DNA of 64,000 nucleotides, taken from contig CM120640.1 of the NCBI GenBank assembly GCA_051362555.1, positions 20,026,001 through 20,090,000 on the forward strand, in the 5' to 3' direction. A program made the translations under genes and the position numbers. Below are positions 25,701 to 40,700 of this stretch, piece after piece (within the stretch, counting starts at the first letter, position 1; the number at the start of each line of letters is the position of its first letter). Below the pieces are notes generated by a model, which was given only the letters and a program-made list of their open reading frames with translations, was not told the origin of the DNA and ran no database searches. Origin of the DNA: Lingula anatina (taxonomy: Eukaryota; Animalia; Brachiopoda).

Positions 25701-28700
25701 TCTGATGTAACATCAACCACAGCTGTATCATCCAGTGAGTCATCCTCCATACTGGCAACTGCTACAACATCAGCTGCTGACTCAGTTTCAACTCAGTTCA
25801 CAGCAGCAATGACAGACAGTGGTCTCTCTTCTGATTCTGCTGCTCTATCAGCTACTGACAGTGCAAGCAGTGCAACCTCTGATGTAACGTCAACCACAGC
25901 TGTCACTACAGGAACAATATCTACCATAGCATCCACTGAGTCATCCTCCATACAGGCAAGTGCTACAACATCAGCTGCTGACTCAGTTTCAGCTCAGTTC
26001 ACTGCAGCAGTGACAGACAGTGGTCTCTTTACTGATTCTGCTGCTGTTTCAGCTACCGACAGTGCAAGTAGTGCAACATCTGATGTAACGTCGACCACAG
26101 CTGTCACTATGGAAACAATATCTACCATAACATCAAGTGAGTCATCTTCCATACTGGCAAGTGCTACATTATCAGCTGCTGACTCAGTTACAGCTCAGTT
26201 CCCTGCAGCAGTGACAGACAGTGGTCTCTCTACTGACTCTGCTGCTGTTTCAGCTACTGACAGTGCAAGTACTGCAACCTCTGTAGTAACGTCAACCACA
26301 GCTGTAGCATCCACTGAGTCATCCTCCATACTAGCAACTGCTACAACATCAGCTGCTGACTCAGTTTCAACTCAGTTCACAGCAGCATTGACAGACAGTG
26401 GTCTCTCTACTGATTCTGCTGCTCTAACAGCTACTGACAGTGCAAGTACTGCAACTTCTGATGTAACGTCAACCACAGCTGTCACTATGGGAACAATATC
26501 TACCATAGCATCCACTGAGTCATCCTCAATACTGGCAACTGCTACAACAGCAGCTGCTGACTCAGTTTCAACTCAGTTCACAGCAGCATTGACAGACAGT
26601 GGTCTCTTTACTGATTCTGCTGCTATATCAGCTACTGACAGTGCAAGTACTGCAAGTTCTGATGTAACGTTAACCACAGCTGTCCCTATGGGAACAATAT
26701 CTACCATAGCATCCACTGAGTCATCCTCTATACTGGCAAGTGCTACAACATCAGCTGCTGACTCAGTTTCAGCTCAGTTCACTGCAGCAGTGACAGACAG
26801 TGGTCTCTCTACTGACTCTGCGGCTATTTCAGCTACTGACAGTGCAAGTACTGCAACCTCTGATGTAACGTCAACCACAGCTGTATCATCCAGTGAGTCA
26901 TCCTCCATACTGGCAACTGCTACAACATCAGCTGCTGACTCAGTTTCAACTCAGTTCACAGCAGCATTGACAGACAGTGGTCTCTCTTCTGATTCTGCTG
27001 CTCTATCAGCTACTGACAGTGCAAGTACTGCAACTTCTGATGTAACGTCAACCACAGCTGTCACTACGGGAACAATATCTACTATAGCATCCACTGAGTC
27101 ATCCTCAATACTGGCAAGTGCTACAACATCAGCTGCTGACTCAGTTTCAGCTCAGTTCACTGCAGCAGTGACAGACACTGGTCTCTCTACTGACTCTGCT
27201 GCTGTTTCAGCTACCGACAGTGCAAGTAGTGCAACATCTGATGTAACGTCGACCACAGCTGTCACTATGGAAACAATATCTACCATAACATCAAGTGAGT
27301 CATCTTCCATACTGGCAAGTGCTACATTATCAGCTGCTGACTCAGTTACAGCTCAGTTCCCTGCAGCAGTGACAGACAGTGGTCTCTCTACTGACTCTGC
27401 TGCTGTTTCAGCTACTGACAGTGCAAGTACTGCAACCTCTTTAGTAACATCAACCACAGCTGTATCATCCAGTGAGTCATTCTCCATACTGGCAACTGCT
27501 ACAACATCAGCTGCTGACTCAGTTTCAACTCAGTTCACAGCAGCATTGACAGACAGTGGTCTCTCTACTGATTCTGCTGCTCTAACAGCTACTGACAGTG
27601 CAAGTACTGCAACTTCTGATGTAACGTCAACCACAGCTGTCACTATGGGAACAATATCTACCATAGCATCCACTGAGTCATCCTCAATACTGGCAACTGC
27701 TACAACAGCAGCTGCTAACTCAGTTTCAGCTCAGCTCACTGCAGCGGTGACAGACAGTGGTCTCTCTACTGACTCTGCGGCTATTTCAGCTACTGAGAGT
27801 GCAAGTACTGCAACCTCTGATGTAACGTCAACCACAGCTGTATCATCCAGTGAGTCATCCTCCATACTGGCAACTGATACAACATCAGCTGCTGACTCAG
27901 TTTCAACTCAGTTCACAGCAGCATTGACAGACAGTGGTCTCTCTTCTCATTCTGCTGCTCTATCAGCTACTGACAGTGCAAGTACTGCAACTTCTGATGT
28001 AACGTCAACCACAGCTGTCACTGCGGGAACAATATCTACCATAGCATCCAGTGAGTCATCCTCCATACTGGCAAATGCTACAACATCAGCTGCTGACTCA
28101 GTTTCAACTCAGTTCACTGCATCAGTGACAGGCAGTGGTCTTTCTACTGACTCTGCTGCTGTTTCAGCTACTGATATTGCAAGTACTGCAACCTCTGATG
28201 TAACGTCAACCACAGCTGTAGCATCCACTGAGTCATCCTCCATACTAGCAACTGCTACAACATCAGCTGCTGACTCAGTTTCAACTCAGTTCACAGCAGC
28301 ATTGACAGACAGTGGTCTCTCTACTGATTCTGCTGCTCTAACAGCTACTGACAGTGCAAGTACTGCAACTTCTGATGTAACGTCAACCACAGCTGTCACT
28401 ATGGGAACAATATCTACCATAGTATCCACTGAGTCATCCTCAATACTGGCAACTGCTACAACAGCAGCTGCTGACTCAGTTTCAACTCAGTTCACAGCAG
28501 CATTGACAGACAGTGGTCTCTCTTCTGATTCTGCTGCTGACATTGCAAGCAGTGCAACATCTGATGTAACGTCGACCACAGCTGTCATTATGGAAACAAT
28601 ATCTACCATAACATCAAGTGAGTCATCTTCCATACTGGCAAGTGCTACATTATCAGCTGCTGCCTCAGTTACAGCTCAGTTCCCTGCAGCAGTGACAGAC

Positions 28701-31700
28701 AGTGGTCTCTCTACTGACTCTGCTGCTGTTTCAGCTACTGACAGTGCAAGTACTGCAACCTCTGATGTAACGTCAACCACAGCTGTATCATCCAGTGAGT
28801 CATCCTCCATACTGGCAACTGCTACAACATCAGCTGCTGACTCAGTTTCAACTCAGTTCACAGCAGCATTGACAGACGGTGGTCTCTCTTCTGATTCTGC
28901 TGCTCTATCAGCTACTGACAGTGCAAGTACTGCAACTTCTGATGTAACGTCAACCACAGCTGTCACTACGGGAACAATATCTACTATAGCATCCACTGAG
29001 TCATCCTCAAGACTGGCAAGTGCTACAACATCAGCTGCTGACTCAATTTCAACTCAGTTCACTGCAGAAGTGACAGACACTGGTCTCTCTACTGATTCTG
29101 CTGCTCTATCAGCTACTGACAGTGCAAGTACTGTAACGTCAACCACAGCTGTCACTATGGGAACAATATCTACCATAGCATCCACTGAGTCATCCTCAAT
29201 ACTGGCAACTGCTACAACAGCAGCTGCTGACTCAATTTCAACTCAGTTCACAGCAGCATTGACAGACAGTGGTCTCTTTACTGATTCTGCTGCTCTATCA
29301 GCTACTGACAGTGCAAGTACTGCAAGTTCTGATGTAACGTTAACCACAGCTGTCCCTACGGGAACAATATCTACCATAGCATCCACTGAGTCATCCTCGA
29401 TACTGGCAAGTGCTACAACATCAGCTGCTGACTCAGTTTCAGCTCAGTTCACTGCAGCGGTGACAGACAGTGGTCTCTCTACTGACTCTGCGGCTATTTC
29501 AGCTACTGAGAGTGCAAGTACTGCAACCTCTGATGTAACGTCAACCACAGCTGTATCATCCAGTGAGTCATCCTCCATACTGGCAACTGCTACAACATCA
29601 GCTGCTGACTCAGTTTCAACTCAGTTCACAGCAGCATTGACAGACAGTGGTCTCTCTTCTCATTCTGCTGCTCTATCAGCTACTGACAGTGCAAGTACTG
29701 CAACTTCTGATGTAACGTCAACCACAGCTGTCACTGCGGGAACAATATCTACCATAGCATCCAGTGAGTCATCCTCCATACTGGCAAGTGCTACAACATC
29801 AGCTGCTGACTCAGTTTCAACTCAATTTACTGCATCAGTGACAGGCAGTGGTCTTTCTACTGACTCTGCTGCTGTTTCAGCTACTGACAGTGCAAGTACT
29901 GCAACCTCTGATGTAACGTCAACCACAGCTGTAGCATCCAGTGAGTCATCCTCCATACTGGCAAGTGCTACATCATCAGCTGCTGACTCAGTTACAGCTC
30001 AGTTCACTGCAGCAGTGACAGACAGTGGTCTCTCTACTGACTCTGCTGCTGTTTCAGCTACTGACAGTGCAAGTACTGCAACCTCTGATGTAACATCAAC
30101 CACAGCTGTGGCATCCACTGAGTCATCCTCCATACTAGCAACTGCTACAACATCAGCTGCTGACTCAGTTTCAACTCAGTTCACAGCAGCATTGACAGAC
30201 AGTGGTCTCTCTACTGATTCTGCTGCTCTAACAGCTACTGACAGTGCAAGTACTGCAACTTCTGATGTAACGTCAACCACAGCTGTCACTACGGGAACAA
30301 TATCTACCATAGCATCCACTGAGTCATCCTCAATACTGGCAAGTGCTACAACATCAGCTGCTAACTCAGTTTCAACTCAATTCACTGCAGCAGTGACAGA
30401 CAGTGGTCTCTCTACTGACTCTGCTGCTGTTTCAGCTACCGACAGTGCAAGTAGTGCAAGATCTGATGTAACGTCAACCACAGCTGTCATTACGGGAACA
30501 ATATCTACCATAACATCAAGTGAGTCATCTTCCATACTGGCAAGTGCTACATCATCAGCTGCTGACTCAGTTTCAACTCGGTTCACTGCATCAGTGACAG
30601 ACAGTGGTCTTTCTACTGACTCTGCAGCTGTTTCAGCTACTGACAATGGAAGTACTGCAACCTCTGATGTAACGTCAACCACAGCTGTAGAATCCAGTGA
30701 GTCATTCTCCATACTGGCAACTGCTACAACATCAGCTGCTGACTCAGTTTCAACTCAGTTCACAGCAGCATTGACAGACAGTGGACTCTCTACTGACTCT
30801 GCGGCTATTTCAGCTACTGACAGTGCAAGTACTGCAACTTCTGATGTAACGTTAACCACAGCTGTCACTTCGGGAACAATATCTACCATAGCATCCACTG
30901 AGTCATCTTCCATACTGGCAAGTGCTACAACATCAGCTGCTGACTCAGTTTCAGCTCAGTTCACTGCAGAAGTGACAGACAGTGGTCTCTCTACTGACTC
31001 TGCGGCTATTTCAGCTACTGACAGTGCAAGTACTGCAACCTCTGATGTAACGTCAACCACAGCTGTATCATCCAGTGAGTCATCCTCCATAATGGCAACT
31101 GCTACAACATCAGCTGCTGACTCAGTCTCAACTCAGTTCACAGCAGCATTGACAGACAGTGGTCTCTCTACTGATTCTGCTGCTGTTTCAGCTACTGACA
31201 TTGCAAGCACTGCAACCTCTGATGTAACGTCAACCACAGCTGTCACTACAGGAACAATATCTACCATAGCATCCACTGAGTCATCTTCCATACTGGCAAG
31301 TGCTACAACATCAGCTGCTGACCCAGTTTCAGCTCAGTTCACTGCAGCAGTGACAGACAGTGGTCTCTCGACTGACTCTGCGGCTGTTTCAGCTACTGAC
31401 AGTGCAAGTACTGGAACCTCTGATGTAACGTCAACCACAGCTGTATCATCCAGTGAGTCATCCTCCATACTGGCAAGTGCTACAACATCAGCTGCTGACT
31501 CAGTTTCAACTCAGTTCACTGCATCAGTGACAGGCAGTGGTCTTTCTACTGACTCTGCTGCTGTTTCAGCTACTGACAGTGCAAGTACTGCAACCTCTGA
31601 TGTAACGTCAACCACAGCTGTAGCATCCAGTGAGTCATCCTCCATACTGGCAAGTGCTACATCATCAGCTGCTGACTCAGTTACAGCTCAGTTCACTGCA

Positions 31701-34700
31701 GCAGTGACAGACAGTGGTCTCTCTACTGACTCTGCTGCTGTTTCAGCTACTGACAGTGCAAGTACTGCAACCTCTGATGTAACATCAACCACAGCTGTAG
31801 CATCCACTGAGTCATCCTCCATACTAGCAACTGCTACAACATCAGCTGCTGACTCAGTTTCAACTCAGTTCACAGCAGCATTGACAGACAGTGGTTCTTC
31901 TACTGATTCTGCTGCTCTTACAGCTACTGACAGTGCAAGTACTGCAACTTCTGATGTAAAGTCAACCACAGCTGTCACTACGGGAACAATATCTACCATA
32001 GCATCCACTGAGTCATCCTCAATACTGGCAAGTGCTACAACATCAGCTGCTGACTCAGTTTCAACTCAATTCACTGCAGCAGTGACAGACACTGGTCTCT
32101 CTACTGACTCTGCTGCTGTTTCAGCTACTGACATTGCAAGCAGTGCAACCTCTGATGTAACATCAACCACAGCTGTCCCTACAGGAACAATATCTACCAT
32201 AGCATCCACTGAGTCATCCTCCATACTGGCAAGTGCTACAACATCAGCTGCTGACTCAGTTTCAGCTCAGTTCACTGCAGCTGTGACAGACAGTGGTCTC
32301 TCTACTGACTCTGCTGCTGTTTCAGCTACCGTCAGTGTAAGTAGTGCAACATCTGATGTAACGTCAACCACAGCTGTCATTACGGGAACAATATCTACCA
32401 TAACATCAAGTGAGTCATCTTCCATACTGGCAAGTCCTACCTCATCAGCTGCTGACTCAGTTTCAACTCGGTTCACTGCATCAGTGACAGACAGTGGTCT
32501 TTCTACTGACTCTGCGGCTGTTTCAGCTACTGACAATGCAAGTACTGCAACCTCTGATGTAACGTCAACCACAGCTGTAGAATCCAGTGAGTCATCCTCC
32601 ATACTGGCAACTGCTACAACATCAGCTGCTGACTCAGTTTCAACTCGGTTCACAGCAGCATTGACAGACAGTGGTCTCTTTACTGATTCTGCTGCTCTAT
32701 CAGCTACTGACAGTGCAAGTACTGCAACTTCTGATGTAACGTTAACCACAGCTGTCACTACGGGAACAATATCTACCATAGCATCCACTGAGTCATCCTC
32801 CATACTGACAAGTGCTATAACATCAGCTGCTGACTCAGTTTCAGCTCAGTTCACTGCAGAAGTGACAGACAGTGGTCTCTCTACTGACTCTGCGGCTATT
32901 TCAGCTACTGACAGTGCAAGTACTGCAACCTCTGATGTAACGTCAACCACAGCAGTATCATCCAGTGAGTCATCCTCCATACTGGCAACTGCTACAACAT
33001 CAGCTGCTGACTCAGTTTCAACTCAGTTCACAGCAGCAGTGACAGACAGTGGTCTCTCTACTGACTCTGCTGCTGTTTCAGCTACTGACAGTGCAAGTAC
33101 CTCAACCTCTGATGTAACATCAACCACAGCTGTATCATCCAGTGAGTCATCCTCCATACTGGCAACTGCTACAACATCAGCTGCTGACTCAGTTTCAACT
33201 CAGTTCACAGCAGCATTGACAGACAGTGGTCTCTCTTCTGATTCTGCTGCTCTATCAGCTACTGACAGTGCAAGTACTGCAACTTCTGATGTAACGTCAA
33301 CCACAGCTGTCACTACAGGAACAATATCTACCATAGCATCCACTGAGTCATCCTCCATACAGGCAAGTGCTACAACATCAGCTGCTGACTCAGTTTCAGC
33401 TCAGTTCACTGCAGCAGTGACAGACAGTGGTCTCTCTACTGACTCTGCTGCTGTTTTAGCTACCGACAGTGCAAGTAGTGCAACATCTGATGTAACGTCG
33501 ACCACAGCTGTCACTATGGAAACAATATCTACCATAACATCAAGTGAGTCATCTTCCATACTGGCAAGTGCTACATTATCAGCTGCTGACTCAGTTACAG
33601 CTCAGTTCCCTGCAGCAGTGACAGACAGTGGTCTCTCTACTGACTCTGCTGCTGTTTCAGCTACTGACAGTGCAAGTACTGCAACCTCTGTAGTAACGTC
33701 AACCACAGCTGTAGCATCCACTGAGTCATCCTCCATACTAGCAACTGCTACAACATCAGCTGCTGACTCAGTTTCAACTCAGTTCACAGCAGCATTGACA
33801 GACAGTGGTCTCTCTACTGATTCTGCTGCTCTAACAGCTACTGACAGTGCAAGTACTGCAACTTCTGATGTAACGTCAACCACAGCTGTCACTATGGGAA
33901 CAATATCTACCATAGCATCCACTGAGTCATCCTCAATACTGGCAACTGCTACAACAGCAGCTGCTAACTCAGTTTCAACTCAGTTCACAGCAGCATTGAC
34001 AGACAGTGGTCTTTTTACTGATTCTGCTGCTCTATCAGCTACTGACAGTGCAAGTACTGCAAGTTCTGATGTAACGTTAACCACAGCTGTCCCTACGGGA
34101 ACAATATCTACCATAGCATCCACTGAGTCATCCTCCACACTGGCAAGTGCTACAACATCAGGTGCTGACTCAGTTTCAGCTCAGTTCACTGCAGCAGTGA
34201 CAGACAGTGGTCTCTCTACTGACTCTGCGGCTATTTCAGCTACTGACAGTGCAAGTACTGCAACCTCTGATGTAACGTCAACCACAGCTGTATCATCCAG
34301 TGAGTCATCCTCCATACTGGCAACTGCTACAACATCAGCTGCTGACTCAGTTTCAACTCAGTTCACAGCCGCATTGACAGACAGTGGTCTGTCTTCTGAT
34401 TCTGCTGCTCTATCAGCTACTGACAGTGCAAGTACTGCAACTTCTGATGTAACGTCAACCACAGCTGTCACTACGGGAACAATATCTACTATAGCATCCA
34501 CTGAGTCATCCTCAATACTGGCAAGTGCTACAACATCAGCTGCTGACTCAGTTTCAACTCAGTTCACTGCAGCAGTGACAGACAGTGGTCTCTCTACTGA
34601 CTCTGCTGTTGTTTCAGCTACTGACATTGCAAGCAGTGCAACCTCTGATGTAACGTCAACCACAGCTGTCACTACAGGAACAATATCTACCATAGCATCC

Positions 34701-37700
34701 ACTGAGTCATCCTCCATACAGGCAAGTGCTACAACATCAGCTGCTGACTCAGTTTCAGCTCAGTTCACTGCAGCAGTGACAGACAGTGGTCTCTCTACTG
34801 ACTCTGCTGCTGTTTCAGCTACCGACAGTGCAAGTAGTGCAACATCTGATGTAACGTCGACCTCAGCTGTCATTATGGAAACAATATCTACCATAACATC
34901 AAGTGAGTCATCTTCCATACTGGCAAGTGCTACATTATCAGCTGCTGACTCAGTTACAGCTCAGTTCCCTGCAGCAGTGACAGACAGTGGTCTCTCTACT
35001 GACTCTGCTGCTGTTTCAGCTACTGACAGTGCAAGTACTGCAACCTCTGTAGTAACATCAACCACAGCTGTATCATCCAGTGAGTCATCCTCCATACTGG
35101 CAACTGCTACAACATCAGCTGCTGACTCAGTTTCAACTCAGTTCACAGCAGCATTGACAGACAGTGGTCTCTCTTCTGAGTCTGCTGCTCTATCAGCTAC
35201 TGACAGTGCAAGTACTGCAACTTCTGATGTAACGTCAACCACAGCTGTCACTACGGGAACAATATCTACTATAGCATCCACTGAGTCATCCTCAATACTG
35301 GCAAGTGCTACAACATCAGCTGCTGACTCAGTTTCAGCTCAGCTCACTGCAGCGGTGACAGACAGTGGTCTCTCTACTGACTCTGCGGCTATTTCAGCTA
35401 CTGAGAGTGCAAGTACTGCAACCTCTGATGTAACGTCAACCACAGCTGTATCATCCAGTGAGTCATCCTCCATACTGGCAACTGCTACAACATCAGCTGC
35501 TGACTCAGTTTCAACTCAGTTCACAGCAGCATTGACAGACAGTGGTCTCTCTTCTCATTCTGCTGCTCTATCAGCTACTGACAGTGCAAGTACTGCAACT
35601 TCTGATGTAACGTCAACCACAGCTGTCACTGCGGGAACAATATCTACCATAGCATCCAGTGAGTCATCCTCCATACTGGCAAGTGCTACAACATCAGCTG
35701 CTGACTCAGTTTCAACTCAGTTTACTGCATCAGTGACAGGCAGTGGTCTTTCTACTGACTCTGCTGCTGTTTCAGCTACTGACAGTGCAAGTACTGCAAC
35801 CTCTGATGTAACGTCAACCACAGCTGTAGCATCCAGTGAGTCATCCTCCATACTGGCAAGTGCTACATCATCAGCTGCTGAGTCAGTTACAGCTCAGTTC
35901 ACTGCAGCAGTGACAGACAGTGGTCTCTCTACTGACTCTGCTGCTGTTTCAGCTACTGACAGTGCAAGTACTGCAACCTCTGATGTAACATCAACCACAG
36001 CTATAGCATCCACTGAGTCATCCTCCATACTAGCAACTGCTACAACATCAGCTGCTGACTCAGTTTCAACTCAGTTCACAGCAGCATTGACAGACAGTGG
36101 TCTCTCTACTGATTCTGCTGCTCTTACAGCTACTGACAGTGCAAGTACTGCAACTTCTGATGTAAAGTCAACCACAGCTGTCACTACGGGAACAATATCT
36201 ACCATAGCATCCACTGAGTCATCCTCAATACTGGCAAGTGCTACAACATCAGCTGCTGACTCAGTTTCAACTCAATTCACTGCAGAAGTGACAGACACTG
36301 GTCTCTCTACTGACTCTGCTGCTGTTTCAGCTACTGACATTGCAAGCAGTGCAACCTCTGATGTAACGTCAACCACAGCTGTCCCTACAGGAACAATATC
36401 TACCATAGCATCCACTGAGTCATCCTCCATACTGGCAAGTGCTACAACATCAGCTGCTGACTCAGTTTCAGCTCAGTTCACTGCAGCTGTGACAGACAGT
36501 GGTCTCTCTACTGACTCTGCTGCTGTTTCAGCTACCGTCAGTGTAAGTAGTGCAACATCTGATGTAACGTCAACCACAGCTGTCATTACGGGAACAATAT
36601 CTACCATAACATCAAGTGAGTCATCTTCCATACTGGCAAGTGCTACATCATCAGCTGCTGACTCAGTTTCAACTCGGTTCACTGCATCAGTGACAGACAG
36701 TGGTCTTTCTACTGACTCTGCGGCTGTTTCAGCTACTGACAATGCAAGTACTGCAACCTCTGATGTAACGTCAACCACAGCTGTAGAATCCAGTGAGTCA
36801 TTCTCCATACTGGCAACTGCTACAACATCAGCTGCTGACTCAGTTTCAACTCATTTCACAGCAGCATTGACAGACAGTGGACTCTTTACTGATTCTGCTG
36901 CTCTATCAGCTACTGACAGTGCAAGTACTGCAACTTCTGATGTAACGTTAACCACAGCTGTCACTTCGGGAACAATATCTACCATAGCATCCACTGAGTC
37001 ATCCTCCATACTGGCAAGTGCTACAACATCAGCTGCTGACTCAGTTTCAGCTCAGTTCACTGCAGAAGTGACAGACAGTGGTCTCTCTACTGACTCTGCG
37101 GCTATTTCAGCTACTGACAGTGCAAGTACTGCAACCTCTGATGTAACGTCAACCACAGCTGTATCATCCAGTGAGTCATCCTCCATACTGGGAACTGCTA
37201 CAACATCAGCTGCTGACTCAGTTTCAACTCAGTTCACAGCAGCATTGACAGACAGTGGTCTCTCTACTGATTCTGCTGCTGTTTCAGCTACTGACATTGC
37301 AAGCAGTGCAACCTCTGATGTAACGTCAACCACAGCTGTCACTACAGGAACAATATCTACCATAGCATCCACTGAGTCATCCTCCATACTGGCAAGTGCT
37401 ACAACATCAGCTGCTGACTCAGTTTCAGCTCAGTTCACTGCAGCAGTGACACACAGTGGTCTCTCTACTGACTCTGCTGCTGTTTCAGCTACTGACATTG
37501 CAAGCAGTGCAACCTCTGATGTAACGTCAACCACAGCTGTCACTACAGGAACAATATCTACCATAGCATCCACTGAGTCATCCTCCATACAGGCAAGTGC
37601 TACAACATCAGCTGCTGACTCAGTTTCAGCTCAGTTCACTGCAGCAGTGACAGACAGTGGTCTCTTTACTGATTCTGCTGCTCTATCAGCTACTGACAGT

Positions 37701-40700
37701 GCAAGTACTGCAACTTCTGAAATAACGTTAACCACAGCTGTCCCTACGGGAACAATATCTACCATAGCATCCACTGAGTCATCCTCCATTGTGGCAAGTG
37801 CTACAACATCAGCTGCTGACTCAGTTTTAACTCAGTTCACTGCATTGGTCACAGACAGTGGTTTCTTTACTGACTCTGCTACTGTTACTGCTACTGATAG
37901 TGCAAGTACTGCAACCTCTGATGTAACGTTAACCACAGCTGTAGCATCCACTGAGTCATCCTCCATACTGGCAAGTGCTACAACATCAGCTGCTGACTCA
38001 GTTTCAGCTCAGTTCACTGCAGCAGTGACAGACAGTGGTCTCTCTACTGACTCTGCTGCTGTTTCAGCTCCTGACAGTGCAAGTAGTGCAACATCTGATG
38101 TAACGTCAACCACAGCTGTCCCTACGGGAACAATATCTACCATAACATCAAGTGAGTCATCTTCCATACTGGCAAGTGCTACATCATCAGCTGCTGACTC
38201 AGTTTCAACTCAGTTCACTGCATCAGTGACAGACAGTGGTCTTTTTACTGACTCTGCGGCTATTTCAGCTACTGGCAGTGTAAGTACTGCAACCTCTGAT
38301 GTAACGTTAACCACAGCTGTATCATCCAGTGAGTCATCCTCCATACTGGCAACTGCTACAACATCAGCTGCTGACTCAGTTTCAACTCAGTTCACAGCAG
38401 CATTGACAGACAGTGGTCTCTTTCCTGATTCTGGTGCTCTATCAGCTACTGACAGTGCAAGTACTGCAACTTCTGATGTAACGTTAACCACAGCTGTCCC
38501 TACGGGAACAATATCTACCATAACATCCACTGAGTCATCCTCCATACTAGCAAGTGCTACAACATCAGCTGCTGACTCAGTTTCAGCTCAGTTCACTGCA
38601 GCAGTGACAGACAGTGGTCTCTTTACTGACTCTGCGGCTATTTCAGCTACTGGCAGTGTAACTACTGCAACCTCTGATGTAACGTTAACCACAGCTGTAT
38701 CATCCAGTGAGTCATCCTCCATACTGGGAACTGCTACAACATCAGCTGCTGACTCAGTTTCAACTCAGTTCACAGCAGCATTGACAGACAGTGGTCTCTT
38801 TCCTGATTCTGCTGCTCTATCAGCTACTAGCAGTTCAACTACTGGCAGTGCAACTTCTGATGTAACGTTAACCACAGCTGTCCCTACGGGAACAATATCT
38901 ACCATAGCATCCACTGAGTCATCCTCCATACTGGCAAGTGCTACAACATCAGCTGCTGACTCAGTTTCAACTCAGTTCACTGCAGCAGTGACAGACAATG
39001 GTCTCTCTACTGACTCTGCTGCTGTTTCAGCTTCTGACAGTGCAAGTAGTGCAACATCTGATGTAACGTCAACCACAGCTGTCACTACGGGAACAATATC
39101 TACCATAACATCAAGTGAGTCATCTTCCATACTGGCAAGTGCTACATCATCAGCTGCTGACTCAGTTTCAACTCAGTTCACTGCATCAGTGACAGGCAGT
39201 GGTCTTTCTACTGACTCTGCTGCTGTTTCAGCTACTGACAGTGCAAGTAGTGCAACCTCTGATGTAACGTCAACCACAGCGGTCACTATGGGAACAATAT
39301 CTACCATAACATCAAGTGAGTCATCTTCCATACTAGCAAGTGCTACATCATCAGCTGCCGACTCAGTTTCAACTCAGTTCACAGCAGTATTGACAGACAG
39401 TGGTCTCTCTACTGATTCTGCTTCTCTATCAGCTACTGACAGTGCAAGTACTGCAACTTCTGATGTAACGTCAACCACAGTTGTCACGACGGGAACAATA
39501 TCTACCATAGCATCCAGTGAGTCATCCTCTCTACTGGCAAGTGCTACAACATCAGTTGCTGACTCAGTTTCAGCTCAGTTCACTGCAGCATTGACAGACA
39601 GTGGTCTCTCTACTGATTCTGCTGCTCTATCAGCTACTGACAGTGCAAGTACTGCAACCTCTGATGTAACGTCAACCACAGCTGTCACGACGGGAACAAT
39701 ATCTACCATAGCATCCAGTGAGTCATCCTCCATACTGGCAAGTGCTACAACATCAGCTGCTGACTCAGTTTCAACTCAGTTTACTGCAGCAGTGACAGAC
39801 AGTGGTCTCTCTACTGACTCTGCTGCTGTTTCAGCTACTGACAGTGCAAGTACTGCAACCTCTGATGTAACGTCAACCACAGCTGTAGCATCCAGTGAGT
39901 CATCCTCCATACTGGCAACTGCTACAACATCAGCTGCTGACTCAGTTTCAACTCAGTTCACAACAGCATTGACAGACAGTGGTCTCTCTACTGATTCTGC
40001 TGCTCTATCAGCTACTGACAGTGCAAGTACTGCAACTTCTGATGTAACATCAACCACAGCTGTCACTACGGGAACAATATCTACCATATCATCCAGTGAG
40101 TCATCCTCCATACTGACAAGTGCTACAACATCAGCTGCTGACTCAGTTTCAGCTCAGTTCACTGCAGAAGTGACAGACAGTGGTCTCTCTACTGACTCTG
40201 CGGCTATTTCAGCTACTGACAGTGCAAGTACTGCAACCTCTGATGTAACGTCAACCACAGCTGTATCATCCAGTGAGTCATCCTCCATACTGGCAACTGC
40301 TACAACATCAGCTGCTGACTCAGTTTCAACTCAGTTCACAGCAGCATTGACAGACAGTGGTCTCTCTACTGATTCTGCTGCTGTTTCAGCTACTGACATT
40401 GCAAGCAGTGCAACCTCTGATGTAACGTCAACCACAGCTGTCACTACAGGAACAATATCTACCATAGCATCCAGTGAGTCATCCTCCATACTGACAAGTG
40501 CTACAACATCAGCTGCTGACTCAGTTTCAGCTCAGTTCACTGCAGCAGTGACACACAGTGGTCTCTCTACTGACTCTGCTGCTGTTTCAGCTACCGACAT
40601 TGCAAGCAGTGCAACCTCTGATGTAATGTCAACCACAGCTGTCACTACAGGAACAATATCTACCATAGCATCCACTGAGTCATCCTCCATACTGGCAAGT